64,000 bases of DNA. Source: an uncultured delta proteobacterium. Lineage in GTDB: Bacteria; Desulfobacterota; BSN033; UBA1163. The notes below the pieces were generated by a model. That model saw only the letters and a program-made list of their open reading frames with translations. It had not been told where the DNA came from and searched no databases. The position numbers and the translations under genes were made by a program. Of this stretch, positions 21,391 through 34,106 are shown one piece after another (the first letter of the stretch is position 1; each line of letters begins with the position of its first letter). The stretch covers positions 352,001 through 416,000 of the forward strand of contig CAVPSJ010000004.1 in assembly GCA_963708295.1 (NCBI GenBank), in the 5' to 3' direction.

Positions 21391-22491
21391 TTACTTGCTC
21401 CTCGGTCTTTCGCTGAGGGTCACTTTCACGTCTACAAAAACATCCTTTCGAAACACCTTGAGAAGAATCGTATCTCCCGGCTTCTTCTCACGAATATAAC
21501 GGATCAACTCATCATTTGTTTTAACGTCATGTTGGTCCGCCTTCACCACAATATCTCCACCCACGAGCACAATCATATTGCCAACCTGAACCCTTTGATT
21601 ACCCCCTTTCAAACCCGCCTTATCCGCGGGGCCACCCTTTACCACCTCTGCAATCATTGCTCCTCGTTCTATTTTAAGTTTGCGATACTTTGCTATTTCA
21701 GGGATGAGCGATTGAATGGTTGCACCGATCCAGGGATAGGTCACATACCCTTTGGTGAGGAGTTCCGGGACGACTCGCTTTGCCGTATTAACGGGAATGG
21801 CAAAGCCAATCCCCACATTTCCACCAGACGGACTGATGATGGCACTATTGATTCCGATGATCTCTCCATCAGAATTGAGGAGTGGCCCGCCGGAATTTCC
21901 CGGATTAATGGCAGCATCCGTCTGAATCACATCTTCGATTAATGTCCCAGCCCCAGACCGGATGGTTCTGCCGAGAGAGCTGATGATTCCCGTTGTCAAT
22001 GTTCTTTGCAGACCGAAAGGATTCCCGATAGCCAGAACTTTCTGCCCGATCTTTAAATTCTTTGAATCCCCCATGGAAATGACTTTCAACCGATCCCTCG
22101 GGGCCTCAATTTTGATCACTGCCAGATCGTTATCCGGATCTGACCCCGCTAATGTAGCAGGCCACTTGGATCCGTCTCCCAAGGTCACCTCTAATTTTTG
22201 GGCCTCCGCCACGACATGATGGTTGGTCAGGATATGGCCCTTTGTATCGATGACAGACCCGGACCCGGATCCCTGGGTCGGAAAGGCGTTGAAGAAAAAG
22301 TCTAATTGCATGGCCGTACTGGTAACGTTAACAACCCCTTCTGCAACCTTCTCGTAAACCGCAATATTATTTCTCTCGTCTTCTGTCAAAGCAGCAGAAA
22401 AAACCTGCTCGGTGACGAAAAGAGCGAGGAACAAAATAAGAACTGAAATGAAAATGCTCCCGGACATCAATTTTTTTCCCAAAACCATCAT
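21391..22491 (-). CDS. HtrA/DegP-like trypsin serine protease with one PDZ domain
   Basis: TNHHV, DLAVIK, AAINPGNSGGPL, C-terminal PDZ. Confidence 0.92.
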   Translation of the reverse strand: MMVLGKKLMSGSIFISVLILFLALFVTEQVFSAALTEDERNNIAVYEKVAEGVVNVTSTAMQLDFFFNAFPTQGSGSGSVIDTKGHILTNHHVVAEAQKLEVTLGDGSKWPATLAGSDPDNDLAVIKIEAPRDRLKVISMGDSKNLKIGQKVLAIGNPFGLQRTLTTGIISSLGRTIRSGAGTLIEDVIQTDAAINPGNSGGPLLNSDGEIIGINSAIISPSGGNVGIGFAIPVNTAKRVVPELLTKGYVTYPWIGATIQSLIPEIAKYRKLKIERGAMIAEVVKGGPADKAGLKGGNQRVQVGNMIVLVGGDIVVKADQHDVKTNDELIRYIREKKPGDTILLKVFRKDVFVDVKVTLSERPRSK

Positions 22492-22524
22492 CCTTCCCCC
22501 TAACTCTTAATCAAACATGACTCA

Positions 22525-22687
22525 ACTGTAGTGAATCTGACACTTCTTCACAGTGATCTGAAAGGTGTCATTCCGGCCCCGATTTCAATCGGGATAAACT
22601 CCGGCGGGAATCCAGGTAGAAAGACTGGATTCCGGATCAAGTCCGGAATGACAAAACGTGTGAAGTGATTTTTGAAGCACTACAGTG
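22525..22687. repeat. nested palindromic REP-like element
   Basis: Outer ACTGTAGTG...CACTACAGT; inner GTCATTCCGG...GGAATCCAG...CTGGATTCCGGATCAAGTCCGGAATGAC. A related copy lies at ~29253-29315. Confidence 0.65.
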
Positions 22688-22710
22688 ATTATTGTATCTT
22701 CAGATTTCTC

Positions 22711-22926
22711 CTACAGGCCTTTAGAGACTTTGTCGATAACTCTTTTCAACTTTTCCGTAACTTCCTCGGCTATTTTCCTCAGCTCCTCCTTCTTGATCAC
22801 TTCTAAGGCAGAAACTGGATTGATGGCAGAAATATAGGCCTTTTTGTCATCCGTTTCATAGGCAATCACATCGCACGGAAGGAGAAGCCCCACATCGAGA
22901 TCGGCCTGAAGGGTACGGTGGGCTAC
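22711..22926 (-). pseudogene. DUF302-family protein, 5'-truncated remnant
   Basis: AHRTLQADLDVGLLLPCDVIAYE...ISAINP resembles the C-terminal half of DUF302; the N-terminal half including the ACNP motif is absent. Confidence 0.65.
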
Positions 22927-22976
22927 CGGGCTAACCTCCTCGTGCCAAAAAGCCCAAGACTTGCCGAGATGTTACT

Positions 22977-23954
22977 CTATATCTTCGGAAGGCCGGCATC
23001 GTCGAAAACTCCTTCGAAAAGCGGTCCCGTCAGATATCGCTCTCCCGCGTCGGGCAGGATGGCCACAATCGTTTTCCCTTCGAATTCTTTTGCGTTCGCA
23101 AGCCTTAGCGCTACAGCGATCGCAGCACCACAGCTGACCCCGGAAAGTATCCCTTCTTCACGAGCCAACCTTCTCGCGTGCTCGATCGCCTCTCCACTCG
23201 TGACCTGCTCCACTCGGTCCACCATCGACAGGTCAAGTGTGTCCGGAATGAATCCGGCACCGATCCCCTGAATCTTGTGGGGCCCGGGCTTAAGCTCCTG
23301 CCCTGCAAGCCGCTGCGTGATCACCGGACTCTCTGCGGGTTCCACTGCCACGCTGATAATCTTTTTCTTCTTCTCTCCCTTAATATACCGTGACACACCC
23401 GTAATCGTCCCCCCCGTCCCCACCCCCGAGACAAGGACATCGATCCCGCCCTTCGTCTGCTCCCAGATCTCAGGCCCGGTCGTCTTGAAATGAATCTCCG
23501 GGTTGGCAGGATTCTTAAACTGCTGGGGCATATAGTAATTGGGACTCGATCCCGCAATCTTTTCTGCTTCTTCAATCGCCCCCTTCATTCCCTTAGCTCC
23601 TGGTGTCAGGAGGATGTTTGCGCCGAGGATGGCCAGCACCTTCCGCCGTTCCATCGACATCGTCTCAGGCATCGTGACGTTCAGTTTATACCCTCTCGCT
23701 GCAGCCACAAAGGCCAACGCAATGCCCGTATTTCCGCTTGTCGGCTCAATGATCTCCATCCCGGGTTTGAGCAGTCCTTGCTTCTCTGCCGCCCAGATCA
23801 TATTCGCCCCTATCCGACACTTCACCGAATACGAAGGGTTACGACCCTCGATCTTGCCAAGGATCGTCGCTTTGAGCCCCTGAGCCATCCGATTGATCCG
23901 AACCATCGGAGTACTGCCGATGGACAATGAATTGTCATCAAAAAATTGAACCAT
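22977..23954 (-). CDS. cysK: cysteine synthase A
   Basis: [11 protein letters not shown] (PLP Lys), [30 protein letters not shown]. Confidence 0.95.
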   Translation of the reverse strand: MVQFFDDNSLSIGSTPMVRINRMAQGLKATILGKIEGRNPSYSVKCRIGANMIWAAEKQGLLKPGMEIIEPTSGNTGIALAFVAAARGYKLNVTMPETMSMERRKVLAILGANILLTPGAKGMKGAIEEAEKIAGSSPNYYMPQQFKNPANPEIHFKTTGPEIWEQTKGGIDVLVSGVGTGGTITGVSRYIKGEKKKKIISVAVEPAESPVITQRLAGQELKPGPHKIQGIGAGFIPDTLDLSMVDRVEQVTSGEAIEHARRLAREEGILSGVSCGAAIAVALRLANAKEFEGKTIVAILPDAGERYLTGPLFEGVFDDAGLPKI

Positions 23955-24033
23955 GTTATTCTCCTTTCCAACATCTAAATTTAGGAATTTAGGGATTGAG
24001 GAATTCCAAGCTTCTTAATTCGCAATGACTTAA

Positions 24034-26502
24034 TTACAAAGGAGGTTTGAACCCCCGAAGTCGTAGGGCGTTTGAGACGACGGTGACCGATGAAATCGCC
24101 ATGGCCCCAGCGGCGAAAATAGGGTTTAGCAGGATACCGAAAAATGGGAAAAGAACGCCCGCAGCCACGGGGATGAGAACCGTATTATATGCAAAAGCCC
24201 AAAAGAGGTTCTGTTTGATATTCCGAATCGTTGCCTTGCTTAAGGCAATGGCTGTCACGACCCCTCTCAAATCTCCACCAATTAAAGTGATATCCGAGGA
24301 CTCCATCGCCACGTCGGTTCCTGTTCCGATCGCAATCCCCACATCGGCTTGAGCTAAGGCAGGGGCATCATTGATACCATCCCCCACCATTCCTACTTTT
24401 TTGCCTTCCGACTGAAGCCGCCGGACCTCTTCTGCCTTCATCTCAGGAAGAACTTCTGCCAGGACCCGGTCGACTCCAATCTGATTCGCAATGGCTTTGG
24501 CGGTTCGCTGGTTATCACCCGTAAGCATTACTACTTCCAATCCCATCCGGTGAAAGGCTTCTACAGCTTTCTTTGAATTCTCCTTTAAGGTATCTGCGAC
24601 GGCAATGATCCCGGCCACTTCTCCTTCTACTGCCAAAAACATAGGGGTCTTTCCTTCATTGGAAAGCTGTTCCGCCTTTTCTAACAATCCATTGAGAAAT
24701 ACTTTTCGCTCTTCCATCAATCTCAAATTTCCAAGGAGGATTCTTTTTGAATCAAGCGCTGCCTCAATCCCTTGACCCGCAATGGCCTCAAAGTCCTTCG
24801 CAACTAAAAGATTTAAACCCTCCTCTCTTGCCTTTTTCACGATTGCCTCGCCCAAAGGATGCTCTGATCCTTTTTCAGCGGAGGCAGCGAAAGTCAAGAT
24901 CTCTTTCTTAGTAAACTTGCCAGATTCAATGACATCCGTTACGGATGGTTCTCCCTTGGTTAAGGTTCCTGTCTTATCCAAAACAATCGTATTCAATTGA
25001 TGCGCTATCTCCAGGGCCTCTGCTCCTCGAATTAGAATTCCATTTTCTGCGCCCTTCCCCGTTCCCACCATGATAGAGGTGGGGGTCGCCAATCCCAACG
25101 CGCAAGGGCAGGCGATGATCAGAACCGCCACGAAGTTGAGAAAGGCATAAGTAAGTGCTGGATGAGGGCCGAACAAATACCAGACGATGAATGTGACGAT
25201 CGCGATAGAGATGACGACCGGAACAAAATAGCTTGCAATGACATCCACCATTCGGGCAATCGGGGGTTTCGATCCCTGAGCCTCCTGAACCAGCCGGACA
25301 ATCTGGGCAAGCACCGTATCCTTTCCAACCTTGGTTGCCTCGAATTTAAACGTCCCGGTCTTATTCATCGTTGCACCGATCACCGGATCCCCTGTCTTCT
25401 TCTCAACGGGCAGGGATTCTCCCGTCACCATGGATTCATCGACAAAGGAGTAACCTTCTTTGACAACCCCGTCTACAGGGATTTTCTCCCCCGGACGAAC
25501 GAGTATCCTATCTCCCGAGACAACTTCTTCTATCGGAATATCGGCTTCGTTTCCGTTCCGGAGAACCCTCGCCGTCTTGGGTTGAAGGCCGATCAGCTTC
25601 TTAATCGCCTCGGAGGTCTTTCCCTTTGCCCGCGCCTCCAAAAATCTTCCAAGAAGAATGAGGACGATGATCGCTGCAGAGGTATCAAAATAGACATCCA
25701 TCATCAGGCCTTTGACCATAATCCGGTGAGGAACAAAAGTCACGATGAGACTATAGAGGTAAGCTGCAGAGGTCCCGACGGCGATCAGTGTGTTCATATC
25801 GCTGGTCTTATGTTTCGTTGCCTTCCAGAACCCCACATAAAACTGCCATCCGGCCCAGAACTGGACAGGGGTCGCCAGCAAGAATTGAAGGAAAAAATTA
25901 ACCCCCTGTGGCAATCCAAGCCATCTTTCTAGGTAGGGGGCACCATACATGAGCAATAGAATCGGAGCGAGTAGGATTGCCCCTAAGATGAACTTCAGCT
26001 TTAATCGAGAGAGTTCGGCCTCCCTGGCAAGCCTTTCCTTCTCAACAATGTCTTCCTCTCTCACCTCGAGAACCTGGTAGCCTGCTTCTTCAACGGCCTT
26101 CTTAAGGTCCCTGATCGTCACCTCTGCAGGAATATACTCAACCGATGCCCTTTCTGTGGCGAAGTTAACGTCTGCGTGAACTACCCCTTTGACAGCGTTG
26201 AGAGCCTTCTGGACTTTGTTCACACAGGAGGCACAGGTCATTCCCTGAATGGGCAAAAGAACTTTCTCCGACCGGGCGTCGTAACCCAGGTCTTTTACTT
26301 TATCGATGAGATGGGAAAGACCGGTTTGCTCAGGATGAAAGACAACCGTGGCCTTCTCTGCGGCAAAGTTAACGGTCGCTTTGGAAACTCCTTCTACGCT
26401 CGCCAACCCTTTTTCAATCTTTAACGCGCAGCTGGCACACGACATTCCCGCGATGGGAAGATCAATGCGCTGTAACCCTTCATTGGGATTTTTTGATTCC
26501 AT
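24034..26502 (-). CDS. copA: Cu(I)-exporting P1B-type ATPase
   Basis: Two GMxCASC HMA domains, CPC motif, DKTGT, HP, GDGIND, YN/MxxSS Cu(I) ligands. Confidence 0.95.
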   Translation of the reverse strand: MESKNPNEGLQRIDLPIAGMSCASCALKIEKGLASVEGVSKATVNFAAEKATVVFHPEQTGLSHLIDKVKDLGYDARSEKVLLPIQGMTCASCVNKVQKALNAVKGVVHADVNFATERASVEYIPAEVTIRDLKKAVEEAGYQVLEVREEDIVEKERLAREAELSRLKLKFILGAILLAPILLLMYGAPYLERWLGLPQGVNFFLQFLLATPVQFWAGWQFYVGFWKATKHKTSDMNTLIAVGTSAAYLYSLIVTFVPHRIMVKGLMMDVYFDTSAAIIVLILLGRFLEARAKGKTSEAIKKLIGLQPKTARVLRNGNEADIPIEEVVSGDRILVRPGEKIPVDGVVKEGYSFVDESMVTGESLPVEKKTGDPVIGATMNKTGTFKFEATKVGKDTVLAQIVRLVQEAQGSKPPIARMVDVIASYFVPVVISIAIVTFIVWYLFGPHPALTYAFLNFVAVLIIACPCALGLATPTSIMVGTGKGAENGILIRGAEALEIAHQLNTIVLDKTGTLTKGEPSVTDVIESGKFTKKEILTFAASAEKGSEHPLGEAIVKKAREEGLNLLVAKDFEAIAGQGIEAALDSKRILLGNLRLMEERKVFLNGLLEKAEQLSNEGKTPMFLAVEGEVAGIIAVADTLKENSKKAVEAFHRMGLEVVMLTGDNQRTAKAIANQIGVDRVLAEVLPEMKAEEVRRLQSEGKKVGMVGDGINDAPALAQADVGIAIGTGTDVAMESSDITLIGGDLRGVVTAIALSKATIRNIKQNLFWAFAYNTVLIPVAAGVLFPFFGILLNPIFAAGAMAISSVTVVSNALRLRGFKPPL

Positions 26503-26598
26503 GACAATCCTTGATGCGGAGAAATCCTTGCTCTTCCATTAAAAAGAAGGATCCGATTTGATTCCCTCCCTTTATCAATCGGAAGAAAAGCGAATGAA

Positions 26599-27078
26599 TT
26601 ATTTTACATCATAATAGATACCGGCAGTTATTTTTTTCTCTCCACTCTTTGCGAGAATCATGACCTGATACTTTCCCTTCTCCGGAAGATTAAAATAGGC
26701 ATCATAGCTTTTCATCTCACCATCATATTTTAGGGGTTTGATCTGATCTTTCCCTTTGGGATCAACCACTTTCATGCTGATCTGAGCATTGGTCATCTCT
26801 TTTTGAGTCTTTTCATCTTTCAGCGTCACCGTGATGTTGTGAGTCGTTCCAGGCTCGATATCCTCTTTCATCTTCATGTCCTTCAGCATCTTCTGATGCT
26901 CATCATTGGCCATCATCTGAAATGTGACCTTTACTCCTTCAACAAGAACTTCCTTCGTGTCCATCTTCATCGGTGTTCCCATCGACATTCCCCCGTGTGA
27001 ATGCTGGGCCACAGGGGCCGATACAAATGCAAACAAACAAAGAACAAATACACTCGTAACCGAAATCACCCTTTTCAT
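26599..27078 (-). CDS. secreted His/Met-rich protein, putative periplasmic copper-binding protein
   Basis: Signal peptide, QHSHGGMSMGTPMKM, Met-rich body; directly upstream of copA. Confidence 0.55.
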   Translation of the reverse strand: MKRVISVTSVFVLCLFAFVSAPVAQHSHGGMSMGTPMKMDTKEVLVEGVKVTFQMMANDEHQKMLKDMKMKEDIEPGTTHNITVTLKDEKTQKEMTNAQISMKVVDPKGKDQIKPLKYDGEMKSYDAYFNLPEKGKYQVMILAKSGEKKITAGIYYDVK

Positions 27079-27111
27079 CGCATAAACCTCCTTTAAAGAA
27101 TGTTCACAAAC

Positions 27112-27651
27112 CTAATCAAGCCAGGCGGGATCCGCCTTTGTCTCTTTTGCCTCCTTGGAAAGTTTTTCTAACATTTCATTCGCCTCAGAGATTTGGGCCT
27201 GATACTTCTCCTTCTCTTCTCTCAATTTATCCAACTCAATAATATTCATTTATCTGAGTCGGCTTCGCGAAGTCTTCTCCGGCTCAACTCATCAGATTTT
27301 TTCGTATACCTCTTCTCTGGCAGCCTCATATTTTTCAGTCGCTTCCCTTAATTGTTCCTTCCATGGACGCACCTTTTCCCGCCACCAGGTCTCATCGCGG
27401 CCATAAAGATCTGTCTTGATCTCCTCAGGTTCGTTCTCACGAGTTGCTGCCTGGGGAGATCGTGGAATCACGTTTTCTTTGACATCCTTTCTTTCTTCCT
27501 TCTCAACCCGATCGCGATAGGAAGGAGGAACTTTACTCAGGTCATCCGTAAAGTTCACTACCCCGTCTTTATCGACCCATTTGTAAACAGTAGCTGAGTA
27601 TGCCGGTAGAGAAAACATTAACAGAATCAGAAAGATAGACAAAATCTTCAT
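27112..27651 (-). CDS. DUF4124 domain secreted protein (frameshifted near 27250-27310)
   Basis: Signal peptide, VYKWVDKDGVVNFTD; coiled-coil tail continues in another frame to ...KADPAWLD-TAG at 27112. Confidence 0.7.
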
Positions 27652-27868
27652 CCCACATACCTCCTTGCTTTAATAGGCATAATTACACACCCCTAATATG
27701 ATCACGAAAATCCGTAATTCAAGGGATTCGGACAGGAAAATGGGTCCTCCTCTCCGGATAGAAGGCTTTTATGGCTTGATCGGATTTTCCTTGCTCTAAG
27801 ATTTCGGCGATTCACTTTCAGCAAATTCCCTCCCTGAATTCCCTTTACTTAAGAGGGACTGAGCAGGA

Positions 27869-29165
27869 TCATTCCTTTATTGAGACCAAACGATGCCTTG
27901 GATCGCTCCCGTTAAATGAGGGCGCACCATCCAGTTCCTTTTTGTTCAGCCGGGTAGAAACCATCCCCATCAAGAAGGGTGAGACCATGGTCAACCCGGC
28001 TCCCACGAGGACCGCAATGCTAAAGAACTGAGGAGTCAACACACCGCGCGAAAATAGGTACGCAGCAATCACGATCCCCATTTCGCCTTGAGCCAAAACT
28101 CCAAACAGGATGAAGACCCGCTCGCGCGATGATGAATACTCTTTATTTGCAGCTATCCGGCATCCGATCAGTTTTGTACCAATGACAACGATTAGTAGAA
28201 CTATCAAAAAAAGGGTGAAACCTTGGATCGCTTTGACATTCACCTCCAGGCCAATGACCACGAGCAGAATTGCCACTGGGATCGAAGCCAGAACGGATTC
28301 AAATCCCTTGGCAAGTTTTTCTTTTGCCCCCGGGTTTGACGCTCCAAGCAGCCCTCCTCCCAGGGAGGCAACTCCCACAGCAGCAAAACTTCCAAAATGC
28401 ATCGCTGCCCATGCATACAACGAAGCGACCAACAAGAGATATCCAATGAGTATTTGTCTGGGTCTTTTTTGAAAACCAGATTTCGAAGATAGTTTCAGAA
28501 ATCGTGAAGTCAGAAAGTATGCGACAGCAAAAAACATAATGAGCTTCGCTAAGAACCATGACACAGCGATGGTCATCTTAAATGGTCCATAGGTCACAGC
28601 ATAATTCGTCGCCTGGCTGGCAATCATCAACAGAATTGCCAACAAGCCACTCGAAGATGGCCGCTCCCGATACGAGGACCGCAGCCCGCGAACCAAGGAT
28701 CTTCATCTCACTGAAGTAATAAATTGAAATTCCAAAACTTGAGGCTGATAGGATCGCGCTCATTGCCAGGGCTTCTGACCAGCGATCCACAAACAGTCGT
28801 GTGAGGATCGCAACACTCACCGCAGTCAAACCAAATTCCCAAGCACCCACGGAAAAAGAAAGTTTCAGTATTTTTTTCAGCTCACGCCAATCCACCTCCA
28901 GACCGGCCAGAAACATCAGTTGAATCAGCCCAATCTCGGCAAGGATTTTCAAAGCGCTATGGAGCGGACCGGAAGAAGGGCTTCCCCAGGTCCCAAGAAC
29001 CATGGGAACTCCTAAAACATTAAACACAGAGGGGCCGAGAAGAATCCCGATCAGGAGTTGAATACTGATGCTGGACAGGCCAAATCGCCTTGCCAGGATG
29101 GCTGCTATCCTTGCTACCACGATGACGACAATCAAAATAATGATCCACAGGGGAAATGCTTCCAT
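27869..29165 (-). CDS. cation:proton antiporter (CPA2/Na+-H+ exchanger family), frameshift near 28655
   Basis: GILLGPS, LAEIGLIQLMFLAGLE, and QGEMGIVIA in the second frame; multiple TM segments. Confidence 0.75.
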
Positions 29166-29252
29166 AGCTTTAGACTTCTCCGTCCCCAACCGCGCCGTCG
29201 CCAAAGCGCCTATCTGCATCAAGCGCTTCGGCCAAGTCAGGTTGTGGCTGTT

Positions 29253-29315
29253 TCATTCCGGTGAAGCGGGAATCCAGTTCAGGAACACTGGATTCCGGGT
29301 CAAGCCCGGAATGAC
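29253..29315. repeat. REP-like palindrome
   Basis: TCATTCCGG...GGAATCCAG...CTGGATTCCGGGTCAAGCCCGGAATGAC, same family as the inner element at ~22566. Confidence 0.65.
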
Positions 29316-29347
29316 AAACAAAGCAACGGGACTCGTTACGCACCAAG

Positions 29348-32300
29348 CTATGTTGGGCTGCCAGCTGCTCGATCTAATTGTTTCTTCAATCCAAAGTTCC
29401 ATTTCCAGATGGCGTAGATGGCAGGATAAACACATAATTCCATAATGAACGATGTGAAGATTCCGCCGATCATCGGCGCGGCAATACGCTTCATGGTATC
29501 GGCGCCGCTGCCCACTGACCACATGATCGGAACGAGACCCATGAACATCACACCCACGGTCATCACCTTAGGCCGAAGTCGCTTCACCGCACCTTCGACA
29601 ATCGCCTCCCGGAGATCATTCCAATTCCTCATCTTCCCTTTCGCTCGGGCCTCGTCGAAGGCGAGATCAAGGTAGAGGAGCATGAACATTCCGGTTTCTG
29701 CATCGACACCCATTAAAGCGATCAGACCCACCCAGACGGCAATACTCGTGTTGTATCCGAGCCAATAGAGAAACCAGATCGCCCCGACGGCTGAGAAGGG
29801 AACAGCCAGGAAGATGATAATCGTTTTAGTGATCGACCGGGTATTGAAATAGAGAAGCAGAAAGATTAGGAAAATGGTGATAGGAACAACAACCATGAGA
29901 CGCTCATTGACGCGCTCCATCAACTCAAATTGGCCGCTCCAGATCAGTTCGTAGCCGGGTGGAACCTGTAAATTCGCTCTGACCACTTTTTTGGCATCTG
30001 CCACGTAGCTGCCAACATCGCGTTTCGAGGTGTCGAGATCAATCCTTACATAACCTGAAAGTCGCCCATTCTCGTCGCGGATCATACCAGGGCCTGTCTT
30101 CATAGAGATTTCAGCGATCTCTGTAATGGGCACATGGGCCACCCCTGGGCCGGCTGTTCCTCCTGCCCCTCCCATCCCACCGCTTATGCCTCCTGATGGA
30201 CTTGGACCACCCGGCCGGATAGGGACAAGAACCCTTCTGAGCTTTTCTATATCATCCCGAAGCCCCCTGAAATACCGAACATTGACCGGATACCGTTCTC
30301 GTGCCTTCGATCGTGGTCGTGACGTTTTCACCCCCTATCGCCGACATCACAATGCTGTTGGCTTGGTCGATGGTTAGACCATAGCGAGCCAGTTCCGGGC
30401 GTTTGAGCGTAAAGTCGAGGAAGTAGCCGCCGGCAGTCCGTTCAGCAAAAACACTTTTTGTACCCGGCACATCTTTCAATAACATCTCAATGTGCTCACC
30501 CAACTGCTGGATTTTCTCTAAATCCGCTCCCATAATTTTGATCCCAACCGCCGTTGGAATCCCTGTTGAAAGCATGTCAATGCGGGCTTTGATGGGATAC
30601 GTCCAGCTGTTGGTGACCCCTGGAAATCTCATCTTTTCGTCGAGACCCCCTGGACCATAAATCAATTCGTCGGGAGTCTTGCGATCTCGCCAGAACCTGC
30701 CAAGGATTTTCTTCAGCCATTCGGGCGCCCAAGAAGAATACCATCGAGCCTTGATTGGCCATTTCGATTCGGGCTTGAGAAGGATCACCGTTTCCATCAT
30801 CGAAAAGGGAGCTGGATCGGTCGCTGTTTCTGCGCGCCCCGCCTTCCCAAAAACAAGATCGACTTCGGGAAACGTCTTTAATACCTTATCCTGAACCTGG
30901 AGCAATTTTTGTGCTTCGGTGACAGAGATGCCGGGGAGTGTCATCGGCATGTAAAGCAAGTCACCCTCGAAGAGGGGAGGCATAAATTCCTTACCGAGCT
31001 TTTTATAGATTGGATAGGTGGCGATCACGATGAGCACCGCAATAATCACTGTGACCCATCTGAATTTGAGCACAAACTCGCAAACGGGATGGTAGACCTT
31101 CATCAACGGCCGGCTGATGGGATGGGTCTCTTCGCTGTGGATCTTCCCGACTAAGAAGGCATTGACGATCCGGCACAGGAAGTTGGGCTTAAACTTGTAA
31201 GGGTCCATATGGGTAAAGAGCAATCGGATCGCCGGGTCGAGCGTAATCGCCAGAACGGCAGCGATGGCCATGGAGAAATTCTTCGTAAAAGCCAGGGGCT
31301 TGAAGAGACGACCCTCCTGCCCTGCCAGGGTGAAGACTGGCATGAATGAGACGGCAATGACCAGAAGGGCAAAAAAGCTCGGTCCACCTACTTCTTTGAC
31401 TGCGTTGATCACCACATCTTTGTAACTGCCCGGTCTGCCGGCTGCGTCCCAGTGTTCCAGTTTCTTATGGGTTTGCTCGACGACGACAATGGCTGCATCA
31501 ACCATGGCGCCGATCGCAATAGCAATGCCGCCGAGGCTCATGATGTTGGCCGTCAGTCCCATCAAATACATCGGGACGAAGGCGATGATGATCGTAATCG
31601 GGATGGTGATAATGGGAACAAGGGCAGAGGGGATGTGCCAGAGGAAGATCATGATCACGATGCTGACAATTATGAGTTCTTCAAGCAGAGTATCTTTGAG
31701 TGTCTCAATCGCACGCTCGATCAACGAGGCGCGATCATAGGTGGTAACGATTTCGACCCCGGGAGGAAGCGATGTCTTCATCTCTTCAAGTTTTTCTCGG
31801 ACTCGTTCAATGACCTTGAGCGCGTTCTCTCCAAAACGCATGATGACGATGCCACCAACAACCTCCCCTTCTCCATTGAGGTCAGCAACCCCCCGCCTGA
31901 TGTCAGGGCCCAACCCAACCATTCCGAGGTCCTTCACGAGTATCGGAGTACCGCCCGTTCGACTGGTGCCCACGACGATGTTTTCGACATCGGAAACCTT
32001 CTTAATGTAGCCGATGCCACGGACCATATATTCCAGCCCGGAAAACTCAACCAACCTTCCACCGACATCATTGTTTCCTGCCCGTACCGCTTCGATCACT
32101 CGATCGATGGAAATGTTGTAAGCCACCAGTTTATTGGGGTCCACGTTCACCTGATACTGCTTGACAAACCCGCCGACGGGTGCAACCTCGGCCACTCCCG
32201 GCACCGCCTGCAACGCATACCGAAGATGCCAATCTTGAAAAGAGCGCAACTGGGAGAGATCGTTCTTACCTGTCTTGTCGACGAGGGCATACTGGAACAC

Positions 32301-32711
32301 CCATCCAATGGCTGTCTCGTCGCGAGCCAGCTCGACGTTGACCCCCTGGGGAAGGCGAGGCAGGATGTTACTCAAATATTCGAGGGTTCGTGAGCGGGCC
32401 CAGTAGATATCCGTTCCATCCTCAAAGATGATATAGACGTAAGAGTAGCCGAAATCGGAAAATCCCCGGATGTCCTTAACCTTCGGTACGCCCAGGAGGG
32501 CCGAGACGATCGGATAAGTGACCTGATCTTCCATGATATCAGGGCTGCGGTCCCATCGAGAGTAAATGATGACCTGGGTATCTGAAAGATCAGGGATTGC
32601 ATCGAGCCTGATATTCTTGATGGAGTACAATCCCCATAACACGGCCATTCCAATAAAGAGGAAAACGATGAATTTATTATGGGCACACCACTCAATCAGC
32701 TTGTTGATCAT
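29348..32711 (-). CDS. cusA: CusA/CzcA-family heavy-metal RND efflux permease (frameshift near 30300)
   Basis: DAIPDLSDTQVI, GAMVDAAIV, Met triad region (EFMP...LYMP, FSMMET, RIDML), KRLRPKVMT. Confidence 0.9.
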
Positions 32712-32867
32712 TAAAGCCTCCAAAGAAGAGAAACAGTTCGGAGTGATTCGTCCGCCTGCCTGCAACAGGGAGGGAGTTCGGAGTGTTTAGTTTCAAAGAT
32801 CCGAACTCTGACAGAATTTCAAATTCCAAAATCCGCAATTGTTCATCTATTTTCCGTATCCCGCATG

Positions 32868-34106
32868 CTACATGCCCGGCATACCAGCCATCCCTCCCAC
32901 TGCCTCTTTTAACTTTGATTCGGAGTCGATGAGGAAATTGGCGCTCGTCACCACCCGCTCTCCAGCCTTGAGCCCTTTGATCACCTCATAGTAATTATCC
33001 ACCTTGGAACCAACCTTTACCTCTCTCGGTTCAAAATATCCATTGCCTTTGTCGATGATGGCTAACTGTCGAAGACCGGTATCGATGATTGCTCCCTCTG
33101 GAACAGTCAGCTTTTGTCCCAGGTGAACTTTGATTTCCACATTGGCATACATTTCCGGTTTCAATTTTCCATGAGGATTCGGAATTTCAAACCTTACCTT
33201 TGCGGTTCGAGTTTCCGGATTGAGGGAAGGATAGATGTAGATCGCTCTCCCGGTAAACGTCTCCCCGGGCATAGAAGCGAGTTGAACCGAGGCCTGCTGT
33301 CCCAAACGCACAAAAGGCAGTTCATATTCGTAGACATCCGCATAGAGCCAGACGACCGAGAGATCAGCAAGTTTGAACAAAGCCACTCCTGGCATCACAT
33401 TCATCCCTTTGTTGGCGGCTTTTTCCAAAACAAATCCGCTGAAAGGAGAGTATAAGGTAAGTGTCTTCTTAGCCTGGCCACTCTCCTCTAAAGCCTTGAT
33501 TTGATCATCGCTGATATCCCAGAGTTTTAGACGCCGCTTGGCAGATTCTGCCAAAGAGTCTCCACTCCTGGCCACTTCGGGAAATGGACTTTTGGACAAG
33601 TCCCTTTTGGCTCGAAGAGCAATGAGATACTCCTCCTGTGTGGAGACCAGTTCGGGGCTATAAATCGTGAGAAGAGGTTCGCCTTGTTTGACAAATCTGC
33701 CTGTGAAATCGACATAGAGGTCTTCAATCCAGCCCCCAATTTTGGGTGAGACCGTAACGATCCTCTTTTCGTCATAGTCGATCCTCCCTACGGTCCGGAT
33801 CACCTTCTGAAGAGGTCTCATTTCTACGGTTCCGAACTTTACTCCGATCAGTTGTTGTTTCTGTGGAGAAATTTGAACCGTTCCAGGAGCCACCTCTTGA
33901 ACCTTTCCTTCTTTCTGGATCGACTCCATGGTCAATCCCTTCATCTCCATATCCATTTCACTGGGCTTTTTTGCGGCTTCGGTCGTGGAGGCCTTTGCTC
34001 CGGATCTCATGCCTTCTTTAGGGGCAGCCGTCTCCTTCCCTTTTCCGCACCCGGAGATCAACCAGAAAAGAACCAGCGATAAGATGAGCCACGTCAATCT
34101 TCTCAT
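32868..34106 (-). CDS. cusB: CusB-family RND periplasmic adaptor
   Basis: Lipoprotein-like signal (ISGC), IYSPELVSTQEEY, LKPEMYA, FLIDSES; Met-rich termini. Confidence 0.88.
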   Translation of the reverse strand: MRRLTWLILSLVLFWLISGCGKGKETAAPKEGMRSGAKASTTEAAKKPSEMDMEMKGLTMESIQKEGKVQEVAPGTVQISPQKQQLIGVKFGTVEMRPLQKVIRTVGRIDYDEKRIVTVSPKIGGWIEDLYVDFTGRFVKQGEPLLTIYSPELVSTQEEYLIALRAKRDLSKSPFPEVARSGDSLAESAKRRLKLWDISDDQIKALEESGQAKKTLTLYSPFSGFVLEKAANKGMNVMPGVALFKLADLSVVWLYADVYEYELPFVRLGQQASVQLASMPGETFTGRAIYIYPSLNPETRTAKVRFEIPNPHGKLKPEMYANVEIKVHLGQKLTVPEGAIIDTGLRQLAIIDKGNGYFEPREVKVGSKVDNYYEVIKGLKAGERVVTSANFLIDSESKLKEAVGGMAGMPGM

